Source: Octopus sinensis
Lineage: Eukaryota
DNA: 64,000 bases
Assembly: GCF_006345805.1 (NCBI RefSeq)
Contig: NC_042998.1
Location: 137,888,001-137,952,000 of the forward strand
Direction of reading: 5' to 3'
Part shown: positions 11,984 through 25,038 of the stretch, in pieces
How positions within the stretch are numbered: the stretch's first letter is position 1
Layout of the letters: the number at the start of each line of letters is the position of its first letter
Translations under genes and position numbers: made by a program
The notes under the pieces: generated by a model
The model's input: only the letters and a program-made list of their open reading frames with translations
The model's database searches: none
Told to the model about the DNA's origin: nothing

Positions 11984-12674
11984 AATCAATTAAATCAATG
12001 ATTCTGAAAAATTGAATGAGTTGGTCTGGCCATATTGTTTGAATGGTGGATGAACACACACCCAAACTGCTGTTTTATGGTGAGCTTGCGGGGGGGAAGC
12101 ACAAGCGGTGTAAAACTAAAAAGAGGTTTAAAGATGGCATAAGGACTGCCATGGAGTCACTTGGGATGGATCCAAAAGCGATAGAAACCTTTGCTTTGGA
12201 TTGAGATGGATGGCAAACAAAAGTGTGGAGTTCAGTGAAAGCTTTTGAGGAGGCCAGGATGACACATGCAAGACTCGAGAGATTTAAAGAAGAATGTTGC
12301 AATCGAGAAGTTGAATCTCAGTGGCTTTTTGTGTGCACAGTTTGTGACAGACCATACCTTTCCTTTGCTGGGTACAAATCTCATTTGTGGACCCATGAAA
12401 AACGAACCTCCACCAATTATTTTGCCTATATATATGTGTGCACACCTTTCCACTTTCCATGCCATGTATATCATAAGGTCTGCAAATCTAATAGAGGCCT
12501 CAAAAGACATTTTAAGACTCACAAAGATCTTAGTGGTCTAAATCAGATATGCAATCTATGTGGGCGTCTTTTCAATACAATGTCTAGTTTAAAAAGCCAC
12601 CTCAGATGCGATGATGCATCTAAGGTGTAAATACAAGAGGTAGTCAGACTCTGCATAAGGAGTAGACAAACACC
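11984..12674 (+). mobile_element. 3' fragment of a divergent zinc-finger RTE LINE in a KIF24 intron
   Basis: SIKSMILKN*MSWSGHIV*MVDEHTPKLLFYGEL...KKRFKD...LD*DGW, then CTVC..H, a degenerate CHVY/H finger, and CNLC..H (track ORF 12223-12630). The TGA stops sit at Arg positions (CGA>TGA). A (TATG)n tail follows. Confidence 0.85.
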
Positions 12675-14059
12675 ATGTATGTATGTATGTATGTATGTAT
12701 GTACATATGTTTGTATGTATGTATATATATATATGTATTTATTTATGTATGTATGTACGTACGTATGCATGTACGCACGCATGCATGCATGCATGTTTGT
12801 GTGTGCATGTGTGTGTTACTGTCTCTGACATCATGTGATAGTTGTAAGTGAGTATCACCATCATCCAAGTGGTGTTCTTCATTCCCACTCTACTGAAAAA
12901 AACCTATTTGGTCATGGGGAAATATTAGTTTACTTGGAAACAGGTGAGGGTTAATGACAGGAAGGGCACGCAGTCATAGAATGTCCCTCTCAACAAAGTG
13001 TGCCTGACTCATGTGAGCATGGAAAAGTGGACATTAAAACAATGATAATGCTGTTGATGATGATGATGTTTGAAAATGCAAAGTTTTTTTAGATTTATGA
13101 TAATTACTGAAGTTTATCAGGGATGGTCATTTCAAGTTTAAAATTTCTAATTGATAAACTTTTGGTAGCTGTTATAAGCCTAAATAAATTTTGGTTTAAA
13201 ATTTGGTTTACTTCATGATTTCAGTTTGTGAAAATATTTTAGTTTTAATCATTTAAATTAGGAAGACTATTCCAATCAAAGCTTTGATCCCTGTGGATGA
13301 TGAGCAATAATAGTTAGGTCCAGGAATAGTTGTGTAGTAAAGAAGTTTATTTTTCAACCGTGCTTTTATGTGCCACCAGCATGGGTGCCATTTGTGTGAC
13401 ACCAGTCTCTGTCACAGTCATGGCCGATATTAGTGTCATGCAAATGGCACCCATTCTGATAGCATGTAATAGCACCCATTACACTCTCAGAGTGGTTGAC
13501 GTTAGGAAGGGCATCCAGCTGTAGAAAACTATGCCAAATCAGACTGGAGTTTGGTGCAGCCTTCCAGCTGACCAGCCCTGTTCAAACCTTCCAACCCATG
13601 CCAACATGAACAATGAATATTAAATGATGATGATGATAATGATGATGCTTTCAGGTTCAGTCCCACATGCATCTTGAGCATGTGTCTTCTACTATAACCT
13701 CCAGGCCAGCAAAATCTTTTTGAGTGGATTTGGTAGACAGAAGCTGAAAGAAGCTTGTCAGCATATGTGTGTGTGCTCATGTGTGCATGCGCATTCACTA
13801 CTGTCAACTTCCCTTTCTTCAATGGTTACTGTTGTGTCTCCTCTCTACTCCTGTCATCTAATGAAGACCTGTTGGTGGATATCTTTATCCTTTTGCTGAT
13901 ACTTGGACCTAGTGGTTTAGTGACTGAAACTAATAGTAATTCATTATGTGAAAATATCTGGGCATATGTAAGAGCCTTTGGTGTACCATCAAACATTCAC
14001 ACAAACTTTCTTCCTTTCAGGTGCTGAAAATGCACCCTAAGCTACCCACCCACTCTTCC

Positions 14060-15210
14060 TATCAAGTCCACAACTTTAGAGCTGCCACAATCAATGTAGG
14101 GACAATGAAAGGTAGGTTCATAGAGATTGTTGAAATGTTAGAGTGGAGGTGTGTAGATGTGTGTTGTATGCAAGAGACAAGATGGAGAGGAGCCTCAGTC
14201 ACACTCCTCATGGGCAAAGAACAAAGGTAAAATTATTCTGAATAGGAAGCAGTGATGATGTGGGTGAAGTAGGTAGACTAATAGTAGATAAATGAAGTAT
14301 ATGAGGTAATATCAGGATATTTAGGCTGAGACTAACTTTGGATAATATAATAGCAACATTTATCTCTGCATATGCTCCACAGTCTAGACTTATAGATGAA
14401 CAGAAAGATCAATTTTATGAAGCTCTCATGCAGACTACTGAGGAATGAACATGACCATAACATTATTCCTGGTGATTTCAACAGACATGTTGAGCATTCC
14501 TTGTTGTGTAAATAGAGGTTTGGCTTTGTTTCAAGAAAGAAAGAGGGAACAAAGTTCCTGGAGTTCTGTGACACCAGTTGCTTGATAATTTGTAACACTA
14601 ACTTCAAGAAACTGGTCAACTAGCCAGTCAGCCAGCATTTTTCTTGATAACTTACTAATCTGGTGAACATATAGGCCTTTCCTATTGGTCTTTCCTCAGT
14701 GAAGAACAATCACTAACATTGGTTAGTGATTATTCTAGTTAGAGCTAGAGACATAAAACTATTTGTAGAAGGAAGATATGGAAATCTAAAGATCCATCAA
14801 ACAGTTAGATAATTAGAGAAGTACTTAAAACTTTTGAAGAACACAAGACAGAAACTTTTAGCATAGAAAAGAGATGGAGACCAAACTCACACCACATTGA
14901 TGATGTAGTGGTGAAATGGAGACATAAAAGTAGAGACAGGTTTGAAAAGACTGAAGGAAAGAGGGCAGCAGAGAACTGTACCAAGCAACTAGAAAAGCTA
15001 GATGACTGGTGTATTTAGCGAGAGGAGAAGCAAAGTTCAATGAAGTTTACCAATGTTCTCTGGCATGAGGATCATAGGTGTGAGGTGTTCCAAATGATTT
15101 TGTAGGAGTATTGTTGTCAAATATTTCAAGGGCAAAGGAACTATTTTAGAGAATTAATTAATTAATTACAGAAGTATGAAATTGTTGGACCAGTTTATGG
15201 AAATTATAAC
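14060..15210 (+). mobile_element. Decayed, internally deleted RTE/BovB-like LINE (endonuclease region to start of RT)
   Basis: TINVGTMKGR..EIVEMLE.R.VDVCCMQETRWRG; ISAYAPQS; GDFNRHV; FLEFC..LIICNTNFKK; KYFKGKG..NYRSMKLLDQ, with many stops and indels. Confidence 0.75.
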
Positions 15211-15479
15211 ACAATTGATTAGAAAGAGCACTTAGTAGTAGGGGTTTCCTCCCTTTGCTTTGCTCTGTTCTTTTACTGTCTTGCAAGTTAATTGACAACT
15301 TCACTAATGTCAGTGGTACTAAAAAAGCATTGAATACAATCTGTAAAGTGGTTGGTGTTAGGAAAGGTATCCAGCCATAGAAATCATACTGAAGATGACA
15401 TTGAAGCTTGATGCAGCCTTGCAGCTCACTGGTTACTGTCAAACTTTACAGCCCATGCCAACATGGAAAGTGGACATTA

Positions 15480-15488
15480 ATTAATAAT

Positions 15489-15528
<40 letters not shown>

Positions 15529-15631
15529 TAATAAATAATAATAATTATAATTAATAAATAACAATAATAATAATAATTAATAAATAACAATAATAATGAT
15601 AATAATAATATAATAATAATAATAATTAATG

Positions 15632-15669
<38 letters not shown>

Positions 15670-15700
15670 TAATGATAATAATAATAATAATAATAATAAA
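15480..15700. repeat. (AAT)n microsatellite (another at 3012-3137)
   Basis: Visible directly in the sequence. Confidence 0.95.
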
Positions 15701-17414
15701 TCCTTAAATAACCCTTATTCAGGGATCTTTTGAGCAGGATGGGCTACCCAAACTGATGAAAATACTAACTGGGCTCCACCTACAAGGTCATGTGCTGTTA
15801 ATCTTGATATGAGATCACCATGTCGTGCACATGTGGTTGTGATGTATGTGCCTGGTGTAACCTTATCAGACAGGTAGTCATGATGAGTATACTGGGCTTC
15901 ATATATTTGTACCCCAGTGTCACTTTGATGGCCTGCACTGCTCTCTCACTCAAAAAAAAAAAATAATAACAACATTGATGATGATGATGGCTGCTGTGGC
16001 AGCAGTGATGGCTGCTGCTGCTGCATATTATCTATTGTCTTTTACTTGTTTCAGTCATTAGACCATGGCCATGTTGGGGCATCACCTTGAAGAAGTTTTA
16101 GTCAAATGAATTGACCCCAGAACTTATTTAAAAAAAAAAAATCTGGTACTTATTTTATTGGTCTCTTTTGCTGAATTGCTTAGTTATGGGGATGTAAACC
16201 CACCAGCACCAGTTGTCAAACAGCGGTGGGGGGGCAAACAAAGACACACACACACATGTACACACATGTATATATACATATGATGGGGCTTCTTTCATTT
16301 TCCGTCTACCAAATTCACTCACAAGGCTTTGGTTGGCCCATGGCAATAGTAGAAGACACATGCTTAAGGTGTCATGCAGTGGGACTGAACCTGGGCCCAT
16401 GTGGTTGTGTAGCAAGCTTCTTACCACACAGCCACACCTACACCTATAATTATATGTAGTGTTACATACACAGAGGAACAGTGGAACACATTTTTAGATA
16501 GGACCCTTACAGTTGTATATCTGTGTTTTTGCATTATGTGTTCATTAATATCATCTTTTGTTTTTTTTTGTGTATCCTTATTTTTCTATTTTTACTCTAT
16601 TTATATCTATGACTTTTTAAAAAAGTATATTATTATAATAATTTTAAATATTGCATTAACAACAACCATTACCCCAATAACTACAATTATAATTGTAGTA
16701 GTTAATTCTTTTGTTAACATATTTCTGTTGATATACACTGTAGTTGTTTGAATTCATTTTGAAAATAATAAAGAATTTACTAAAATAATATTGTCATTAC
16801 TTAACTGGTGTTTGGAACGTAAATGAACATATAATTTTGATGGGAAGATTTTATATAGAGCACTTTAAAACTGGAAGTTTATATCATAGAACCAGGACCT
16901 ATCTCAGGCAGGTTGATATAAAAAAAGTTGTCTCCAAATCAATATTTTGTAATACTTCCCCATAATCCTTTGAAGTAAATGTAATATATTTAATTGTGCA
17001 TTATGTTTGTGTTGTATTCTATATATTTTAATAGTATTGCTAATATCTAGTGAAAATAATGTCCAGTAAGTTTAACTGATTATTAGGAATATATTTAATC
17101 CATTTGTTTCCATATTTTTGTTGAACTATGATGCTTTTGATCCAATTGATTTTGAAAATAATGAAGAGTTGAGTAAGATAACTTTGTCGTTATTAAGCTG
17201 GTGTTTGGAACATAGATTAGCATGAAATATTGATGGAAGGTTTTTATGAAGTTCATTTTAAAATAGAGTTTGTTTCAAAGGGTGGTCGCAGGTGGGTTGG
17301 TATCAAAAGGGTTAAACTGTGTTTAAGAACTGTTTCTATATTTGTGTGTCTGTTTGATTCGTCCCTTTTACATGCAGATTTTTGATAAGCATTTTTGTGT
17401 TTATATGTCAACAG

Positions 17415-17502
17415 GTTGTTTGCTCGTGAAGATGGATCTCATAAAGTCTGTATTGCTGGCCTGACAGAGACTGAAGTACCAGATGTCAGCTCACTGATGC
17501 AG
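17415..17502 (+). CDS. KIF24: KIF24-like motor exon
   Basis: caacag|G TTG TTT GCT CGT GAA GAT...ATG CAG|gtactg = (R)LFAREDGSHKVCIAGLTETEVPDVSSLMQ. 88 nt, phase 2/0, matching the upstream exon. Confidence 0.92.
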
Positions 17503-17883
17503 GTACTGTGTATCATCACCTGACTAAGAGAGGGGAGGGATTAGAATATGTTTGAACAACCACTCACATGAAAATGTGTGGTTAAACATAGCAGGGAGTT
17601 CGGAGGGTACACTCTAAAGGTATCTTCTTTTGTCCTTTACTTGTTTCAGTCATTGGACTGAGGCCAAGCTGGGGTATTGCCCTGAAGGGTTTTCCTTTTT
17701 AGTCTTAACAGATTGACCCCAGTACTCACATCTTTATGTCTAGTCCTTATTCTGTTGGTGTCTTTTGCTGAATCACTAAGTTATAGGGATGTAAAGATAT
17801 GATGAAACCAATATCAATTGCCAAGCTGTGGGGATGTGACAAACACACGCAGAAACAAAGGCTCGCCCACACATACATATACA

Positions 17884-17927
<44 letters not shown>

Positions 17928-17928
<1 letters not shown>

Positions 17929-18365
17929 CATCATCATCATTTCACATCTGCTTTCCATGCTGGCATGGGTTAGATGGTTTGACTGGAACTGGTAAGCTGG
18001 AGAGCTGTACTAGGTTTCAGTCTGATTTGGCATCGTTTCTACAACAGCATGCCCTTCATAATGCCAATCACTACAAGGGTATAATGGGTGGTTTCTACAT
18101 GCCACCAGTATGGGTGCCATTTACATGACACTGGCAATGGGCATGACTATGGTTTCACTTGGTTTGATGAGTCTTCTCAAGCACAACATATCACCAAGGT
18201 TTCAGTCACATGTCATTGCCTTAGTGAGGCCCAACGTTCGAAGGTCATGCTACCAGCAACAGCCATTATTATGATTTCATGGGTGTCATTTACGTGACAC
18301 TGGTAATGGCCACGACTATGGTTTCATTTGGCTTGTCGAGATTTTTCAAGCACAGCATATTTCCA
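17928..18365 (-). mobile_element. RTE LINE 3' UTR/3' end
   Basis: (CAT)n tail followed by gctttccatgctggcatgggtt and the tcttctcaagcac segment shared with other RTE 3' ends in the window. Confidence 0.6.
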
Positions 18366-19117
18366 AAGTCTTATATTTAATTACTTTCAGGATCCAATAG
18401 AATAAAGTTATTTTAATAATAAGGATACTAAGGTAAAATCAAGGACAGCATACCCATGTTTTAACAGTGTGTACAGACACTCATGTACTTATTAGAGTAT
18501 ATACTGATTTGTCCTTCTGTCATGCATACATCCACATGTACAGACCAAATACACTCAACGTATATGTAAAATCACACAAGAGTATACTCCAGCATGCAGT
18601 CCACAGTCCACTGTAGGCTGAAGATCCAGTACAGGGGAGGTTCTGAGTGTGGTGTAATATAAAGTCCATTTGTGTTATATATATATATATATATATAGTC
18701 ATACACATATACACATATATGATGGGCTTTTGTCTGTGAAATTCAATCAGAAGGTATTGGTGATCCTGGGGCTATAGTAGAAAAGAACTTACCCAAGGTA
18801 CCACACACCTTGGAGAAGTGGGACTGAACATGAAACTACGTAGTTGCAAAGCAAGCTTCTTAATCACATAGCCGTGTCTGTACCTTGTACAGCCATGCCT
18901 GTATCTGTGAAATAAAAGAAAAATTGCATTTGGGAAGTTGATACATCATATTATTAGGAAGATGAAATACATATTTTATTATAGTTTTAAACCTTCCATT
19001 AACAACAACCCCAATGACTACAATTATAATTGTTGTAGTTTAACTTTTAATGCCATATTGTGTTGAAATACACTATGTTTTAATTAATTTTGAAAATAAT
19101 TAAAAATTTATTAAAAT

Positions 19118-19639
19118 AATTTTGGAATTATTATCTGGTGTTTGGAGCATAAATTAGGATGAAATTTTGATGGAAGGTTTTAATTAAGATAATTTTAAAA
19201 CAGGGTTTTTGTATAATAGAACTAAGGGTAGTCTCAGATGGATTAGTATCAAATGGTTAAAATGCAAGTTTGTTTTATAGAGCTGTGGGTGGTCTCAGAG
19301 TGGTATTAAATATTTGTATATTTAGAAAATGCATATTTCTGTGCAAAAATGCATATACTCAATGCAACGTGTTATACAATAATTTTGGAATTATTATCTG
19401 TGTGTTTGGTAAGTTATTATTTTGATGGAAGGTTTTAATTAAGATAATTTTAAAACAGGGTTTTTTGTATAATAGAACTAAGGGTAGTCTCAGATGGATT
19501 AGTATCAAAATGGTTAAAATGCCAAGTTTGTTTTATAGAGCTGTGGGTGGTCTCAGAGTGGTATTAAATATTTGTATATTTTAGAAAATGCATATTTCTG
19601 TGCAAAAATGCATATACTCAATGCACACGTGTTATACAG
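19118..19639. repeat. ~263-bp direct tandem duplication (possible assembly artefact)
   Basis: Copies at 19118-19380 and 19381-19639 differ almost only by 1-bp indels, mostly in homopolymers. Confidence 0.85.
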
Positions 19640-20644
19640 TTTGTTATAATTGTGTGTTGGTAAGTCTGATTATTTTTTCAAACCTTAAGGGTTTCTCTGG
19701 TCAACTGGATTCATTGGTGAGTTTGAAACTATTTCAGATTTAATACCAACTGCACAAATCTTATAGGCACGAAGAAATAATCAGGTTGACCAAAACACAC
19801 AAACACGCATGCACACATACACACACACACACACACCACACACACACACAAACACACACACGCACGCATGCATGCACATATAAACACACACATACACATG
19901 CACACACACATACACACACACATACATGAACACACTACAAAAGGTTAAGAAAATTTTGCAGGAGTAAATTTATATAAAAGAAAAAGAAGAAAATTAGTTG
20001 GAAACTTTATCATGGATAAAAATAAAGAAAGTATTTACATATATATCAAAGAAGCTACTGGTTTCAGTTGCTTTGAAAGATGATTTAGTCATGCTGAAAT
20101 AAAAGTGAAAAATAAATTGCAATAAATTATTTGTTCATGATATCAGTTCTGGAAGTTTGCATTTTTCCTATAAACATCATGTGGTGCTGGTATTTTGTTT
20201 CCTTCTGATTGTTGCTGAGTTATAGTTGTATTGATAGTTCAAGCAGTGTCAGTTGTCCTTTCTCATTAAGGAGTGACTATCAGAAGTAACAGTAGCAGTA
20301 ATGCTAGTGGCTGTAGTAGTCAAGGTACTGGCCATGTTATTCTAACTAGTAGCAGTAGTGGCAGCTTCAACAAACATTGCAGTAGGAGTGCTGGTAGTCG
20401 TCTCCCTTTCTCTCCTACAGTTATTTAGAAGTGGTCAGTATTAGGTTATGAACGTTGTATTTATTAAGGTGTTGTGTAATTGCGAGATTGATATTGGATA
20501 AAAATCATAAAATTAGGTTGTTTCTTACCAACACACATGTATATGTTCACTGAGTCCTATTTGTCTGTACAATAACTTTAAAACAACCTTTCTTTAAAAG
20601 TTAAGAAACATAAATTATAATCTTATATTTTCCCTATATTACAG

Positions 20645-20766
20645 ATTCTTGATATTGGTAGTGCATGTCGCAGTAAAGGTTCTACAGGTGCCAATCCAGA
20701 TTCATCACGTTCCCATGCTGTATTACAGCTTCAGGTGCGAGATGGCTATGATGAATATTTTGGTCG
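20645..20766 (+). CDS. KIF24: KIF24-like motor exon containing switch I
   Basis: ttacag|ATT CTT GAT...GGT CG|gtgagt = ILDIGSACRSKGSTGANPDSSRSHAVLQLQVRDGYDEYFG(R). Contains the NxxSSRSH motif. 122 nt, phase 0/2. Confidence 0.93.
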
Positions 20767-21267
20767 GTGAGTGATTTTTAACAAAACTTTTGATTACGCT
20801 ATTGCTTTCCCTACTATTTTTTTCAACTTTAAAAACATTTTCCTCTCTAGTATGATGATGAATAACGTTTTTGATATTTGCATATGGGTTATTCAAACAA
20901 TTAATTTTTACAGTAGGCATGGCAGTTTGGTTAAGAAGTTTGCTTTCCAACTGCAAAGTTTTAGGTTCCAACCCACTGTGTGGTACCATAGGCAAAGCTT
21001 TGTAAGTGGATTTTGCAGACAGAAACTGAAAGAAGCCCGCTGTGTATGGATGTGTGTGTGCGTGCAAGCGTGCGTCTGTGCGTATGTGTATGTGTGCATG
21101 TGCATGCCTGTGAGTGTGTGTGTTTGTAATACTTCCCATGACCAGAATTGTTTTATACAGACTGGAAATGAATGACATTGCTTGTATGATGGTGATACTC
21201 ATTTACAACCATCCTATGATGTCAAAACAAGGGCACACACAAGCTTACAGACACTTCCACTTCAACA

Positions 21268-21732
21268 TTATTTAGGTCAGACATGGTGTTGATGTCAGAA
21301 ACATCCAAGCAGGTTGATTTATTAAACTCTCCTATTCCATGGGAGAACTATATTGAGGAGGCCTGTGAGTGGAAGAGATCAAAATATACTGAGCTAGTGG
21401 TATTGCGTCAAAACAGTGGGTGATGTGAGCAACTCCTGATCTCATTGAAGTGGGATGCAGAGGTTTCATTGGTTAGTCCCCTCTGCAAAACTGTCAGCAT
21501 GCTGGGTGTCACAGAATCCACTAGATAAAAGGCCATTAAGTTAGTTACAGAGGCAGCTGAGATTGCTTCAAGGTGGTTATGGATTAACAGTAGATAGATT
21601 AGCGCTATCTAATTTAGTGCTACATGGATTCAAGTTGGACCTTGTTCAACCCCAACTGGGTTACCTGGGTGAAGATGATTGATTGATGAAAAATCCAATA
21701 CATCTGCTGACTCTTGGTAACATCACTGATTG
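21268..21732 (+). mobile_element. 3' relic of a HERO-clade (RLE) non-LTR retrotransposon
   Basis: RSDMVLMSETSKQVDLL..IPWENYIEEACEWKRSKYTEL; IEVGCRGFIG; MLGV...KAIK..TEAAEIASRWLWI; then a HERO-like 3' UTR. The match to the family consensus is from recall. Confidence 0.7.
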
Positions 21733-22342
21733 TATTAGAATTAGAATTTTGTACTAGAATTTTGCCATGCCTCATCAACACTGAGCTAAGTATTCTGGAG
21801 GTAAGCACTGAGATCTTATTTGTTTCTCTGGATACATTTCATGATCTTATAAAAAATCTTATTATTTTCTCATTGTCATTTCATTTGTAATACATTTGTA
21901 TGCCATGGACTGCTATACATTACATAAAGATGAAAAGAAATAAAAAAAATTTTAAAGTGTACAGGTGTGACTGTGTGGGGAAGAACTTCACATCTCAACC
22001 ATGTGGTTTTGGGCTCAATCCCTCTGAATGTTGCCTTGGACCAGTGTTTTTCCCTAAAGCCTCAGACTGACCAAGGCCTTGTCAGTAGATTTGTTAGACA
22101 GAAACTGAAAGAATCCTGTTTTTTGTGTGTGTGTTTTTGTGATTATATTGACATCATGTGATAATTGTAAACAAGCATCACCTTCAATTTTCTGTGAACA
22201 TATATTTGACCATGGGGAAACTTGCTTGGAAACTGGTGAGGGTTGGTGACAAGAAGGTCATCCAGCATAGAAAATCTGCTTCAAAGAATTCTGTCTGACT
22301 CTTTTAAGCATGAAAAAGCAGATGTTAATATGAAGAAGATCA

Positions 22343-23080
22343 TCATCATCATCATTTAGCATCCGCTTTCAATGCTAGCATGGGTTGGACGGTTCAACTG
22401 GGGTCTGTGAAGCCAGAAGGCTGCATCTGGCCCAGTCCGATCTGGCAGTGTTTCTATGGCTGGATGCCCTTCCTAACGCCAACCACTCCTTGAGTGTAGT
22501 GGGTGCTTTTTACATGCCACCCACACAGGTGCCAGACGGAGCTGGCAAACGGCCACAGACGGATGGTACTTTTTATGTGCCACCGGCACGGGGCCAGGCG
22601 AGGCTGGCAACAACCACGATCGGATGTTGCTTTTTACGTGCCACCGGCACAGGGGCCAGGCAAGGCTGGCAACGGCCACAAACAGATGGTGCTTTTATGT
22701 GCCACCGGCATGGGGGCCAGGCGAAGCTGGCAACGGCCACGAACGGATGGTGCTATGTGCCAGGCGAGGCTGGCAACGGCCACGAACAGATGGTGCTTTT
22801 TATGTGCCACCGGCACGGAGGCCAGTTGGGGCGGTGCTGGCAACGGCCACGATCGGATGGTTTGCTTACTTGTCACCGGCACTGGTATCACAGCTGCAAT
22901 TTCCATTGATGTTGATCGACTTCGATTTTGGTTCTGCTTTCTGATATCTGATTTGATTTGGTTTGATTTTGATTTTGATTTTGATCTTCACTTGCCTCAA
23001 TGGGTCTTCACAAGTGGAGTTTTGTGTCCCAAGAAGGAAAGGTATGTATAAGTCGACTGGCTACATACCAGGTAGAGGCC
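22343..23080 (-). mobile_element. RTE-type 3' UTR carrying a GC-rich ~60-bp minisatellite (22507-22890)
   Basis: (CAT)n tail + ccgctttcaatgctagcatgggttggacgg; about 6 copies of ttttatgtgccaccggcacggggccaggcgaggctggcaacggccacgaacggatggtgc. Confidence 0.65.
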
Positions 23081-23417
23081 GATGGTAATATATAATGTCT
23101 CACTAAATAATTGAATGATTGTTTAAGCAAACGACTTTAATGTAATGATTGTCAGTAAGTGTAACTTTTAACTCAGTAACTATTTGCTGGTATCTTTATA
23201 AGTGGGCCTCAAACTTTTTAATTGATTAACTATCTAATGAATAATTCCTTGACTAAGTGTTAATAGAATTAAGTGACAGTTGTCAAGCAAACTGTCATTG
23301 TTACTCTGTGTGAGTGATTGGGTGACTGATTCAGTGATTCACTTATAAAATCGTTATGTTGTTCCTACTCAAATTACATGAATGTCTGAACATTTGTTTC
23401 ATTGAGACATTATATAA

Positions 23418-23579
<162 letters not shown>

Positions 23580-24828
23580 TAAATCTCAAATCTTCAATAC
23601 AGTGGTTATTTAACATATCTCATCAAATAATGTCACAAAAATATAAGAAGCTTCTTATCTTCCAATATTTTCATTAAAACTGATTACCTCAATAATTAAT
23701 TTTAACTTACACTTAAATACAATTATATTAAACTGGCTACCATAAAATTGTGTAGCATTTCACTACTATTTATTACTGAAATAATAACTATACCATGTTA
23801 ACTATTTAAACTCACTGGGATGAAGACTGTGGACCTATACTGTAGACAAGAGGATAATTGATGAGTGCTGGGTAAAAATATATTATGAACTGATGGCTAA
23901 GATTTCTTATAGAAACTGACTGAGGAAGAGTTAGAAAGAACTTTTTAGGTCAGATCTGAGAATATTGGGCTTTACAAATGAACATTTGAGCCCATGCAGT
24001 GTATAGTTAATAGTGAAAATATGTTTATACTTTTTAGTTTAGATTTTAGAATTTTTTTAAAGCTTTTCAAAATGGCTTGTTTTTAACTTATTTTTCACAA
24101 CATTTATACACAGTGTTTGGGTTTTTTCTACACCAGAGTACAAAGTTAACTTTAAAATGTGATGATATTCAATTCTGTCTTGTAATGTCTTTATTAAGTT
24201 GTTAAATTATTCATTTACACAGTTTGTCTTTCCTATGATATTGTCAATTGATAATTGAAACTAGGATTTTATATTTAGTTTCCATTAAAAATAAAATAGC
24301 ATCATCAACAACAATAGCAAACTATTACCAAATTAACCATAGATTTTAATTTTTTTAATAATTAATCCTTACCTCATGGAAGACAAATATTAGCCATTCC
24401 AAAATACACAAAGACTGTTAACTTTATTTCACTAGGTTACAATTGGTACAATGAAAATTTTGACACCAAATAATAAACGTTTAAGTGAAGTTGATATCTT
24501 TGTGTGTTTTTGAATAATTTGCTGTAATTGTTTTAGTTTCAACACACAGTCTCAGATCAAATCACTTACCAAACAAGTATATCTCCATATTTTTTACCTG
24601 ATTGAATTAATGAATTAACTTAAAAAATTATTTCTTTTGTGCTGAGGGCTGTAAATTAGAAATATGTTCTCACACCAAATCTGTAAACATGGTTTCCATC
24701 CCTGATTGAAATTTGTTACACTGTAGCTATGTTGATAATAACTAATAAGTAAAGCCTGATTAAAAATATATATTTCCTTCCCTTAAAAATATAAAGTCCC
24801 CTTTTTTTGTATTTTTCTGTCCATATAA

Positions 24829-25038
<210 letters not shown>

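Noticed and set aside
12000-12215. In-frame TGA codons as selenocysteine or readthrough
   Set aside because: They fall at Arg positions and are explained by CGA>TGA deamination in a dead RTE fragment.
22385-23051. Overlapping 100-180 aa ORFs, or a CRISPR-like array
   Set aside because: This is a contiguous ~60-bp minisatellite with no unique spacers, inside an RTE 3' UTR. GC-rich repeats keep frames open.
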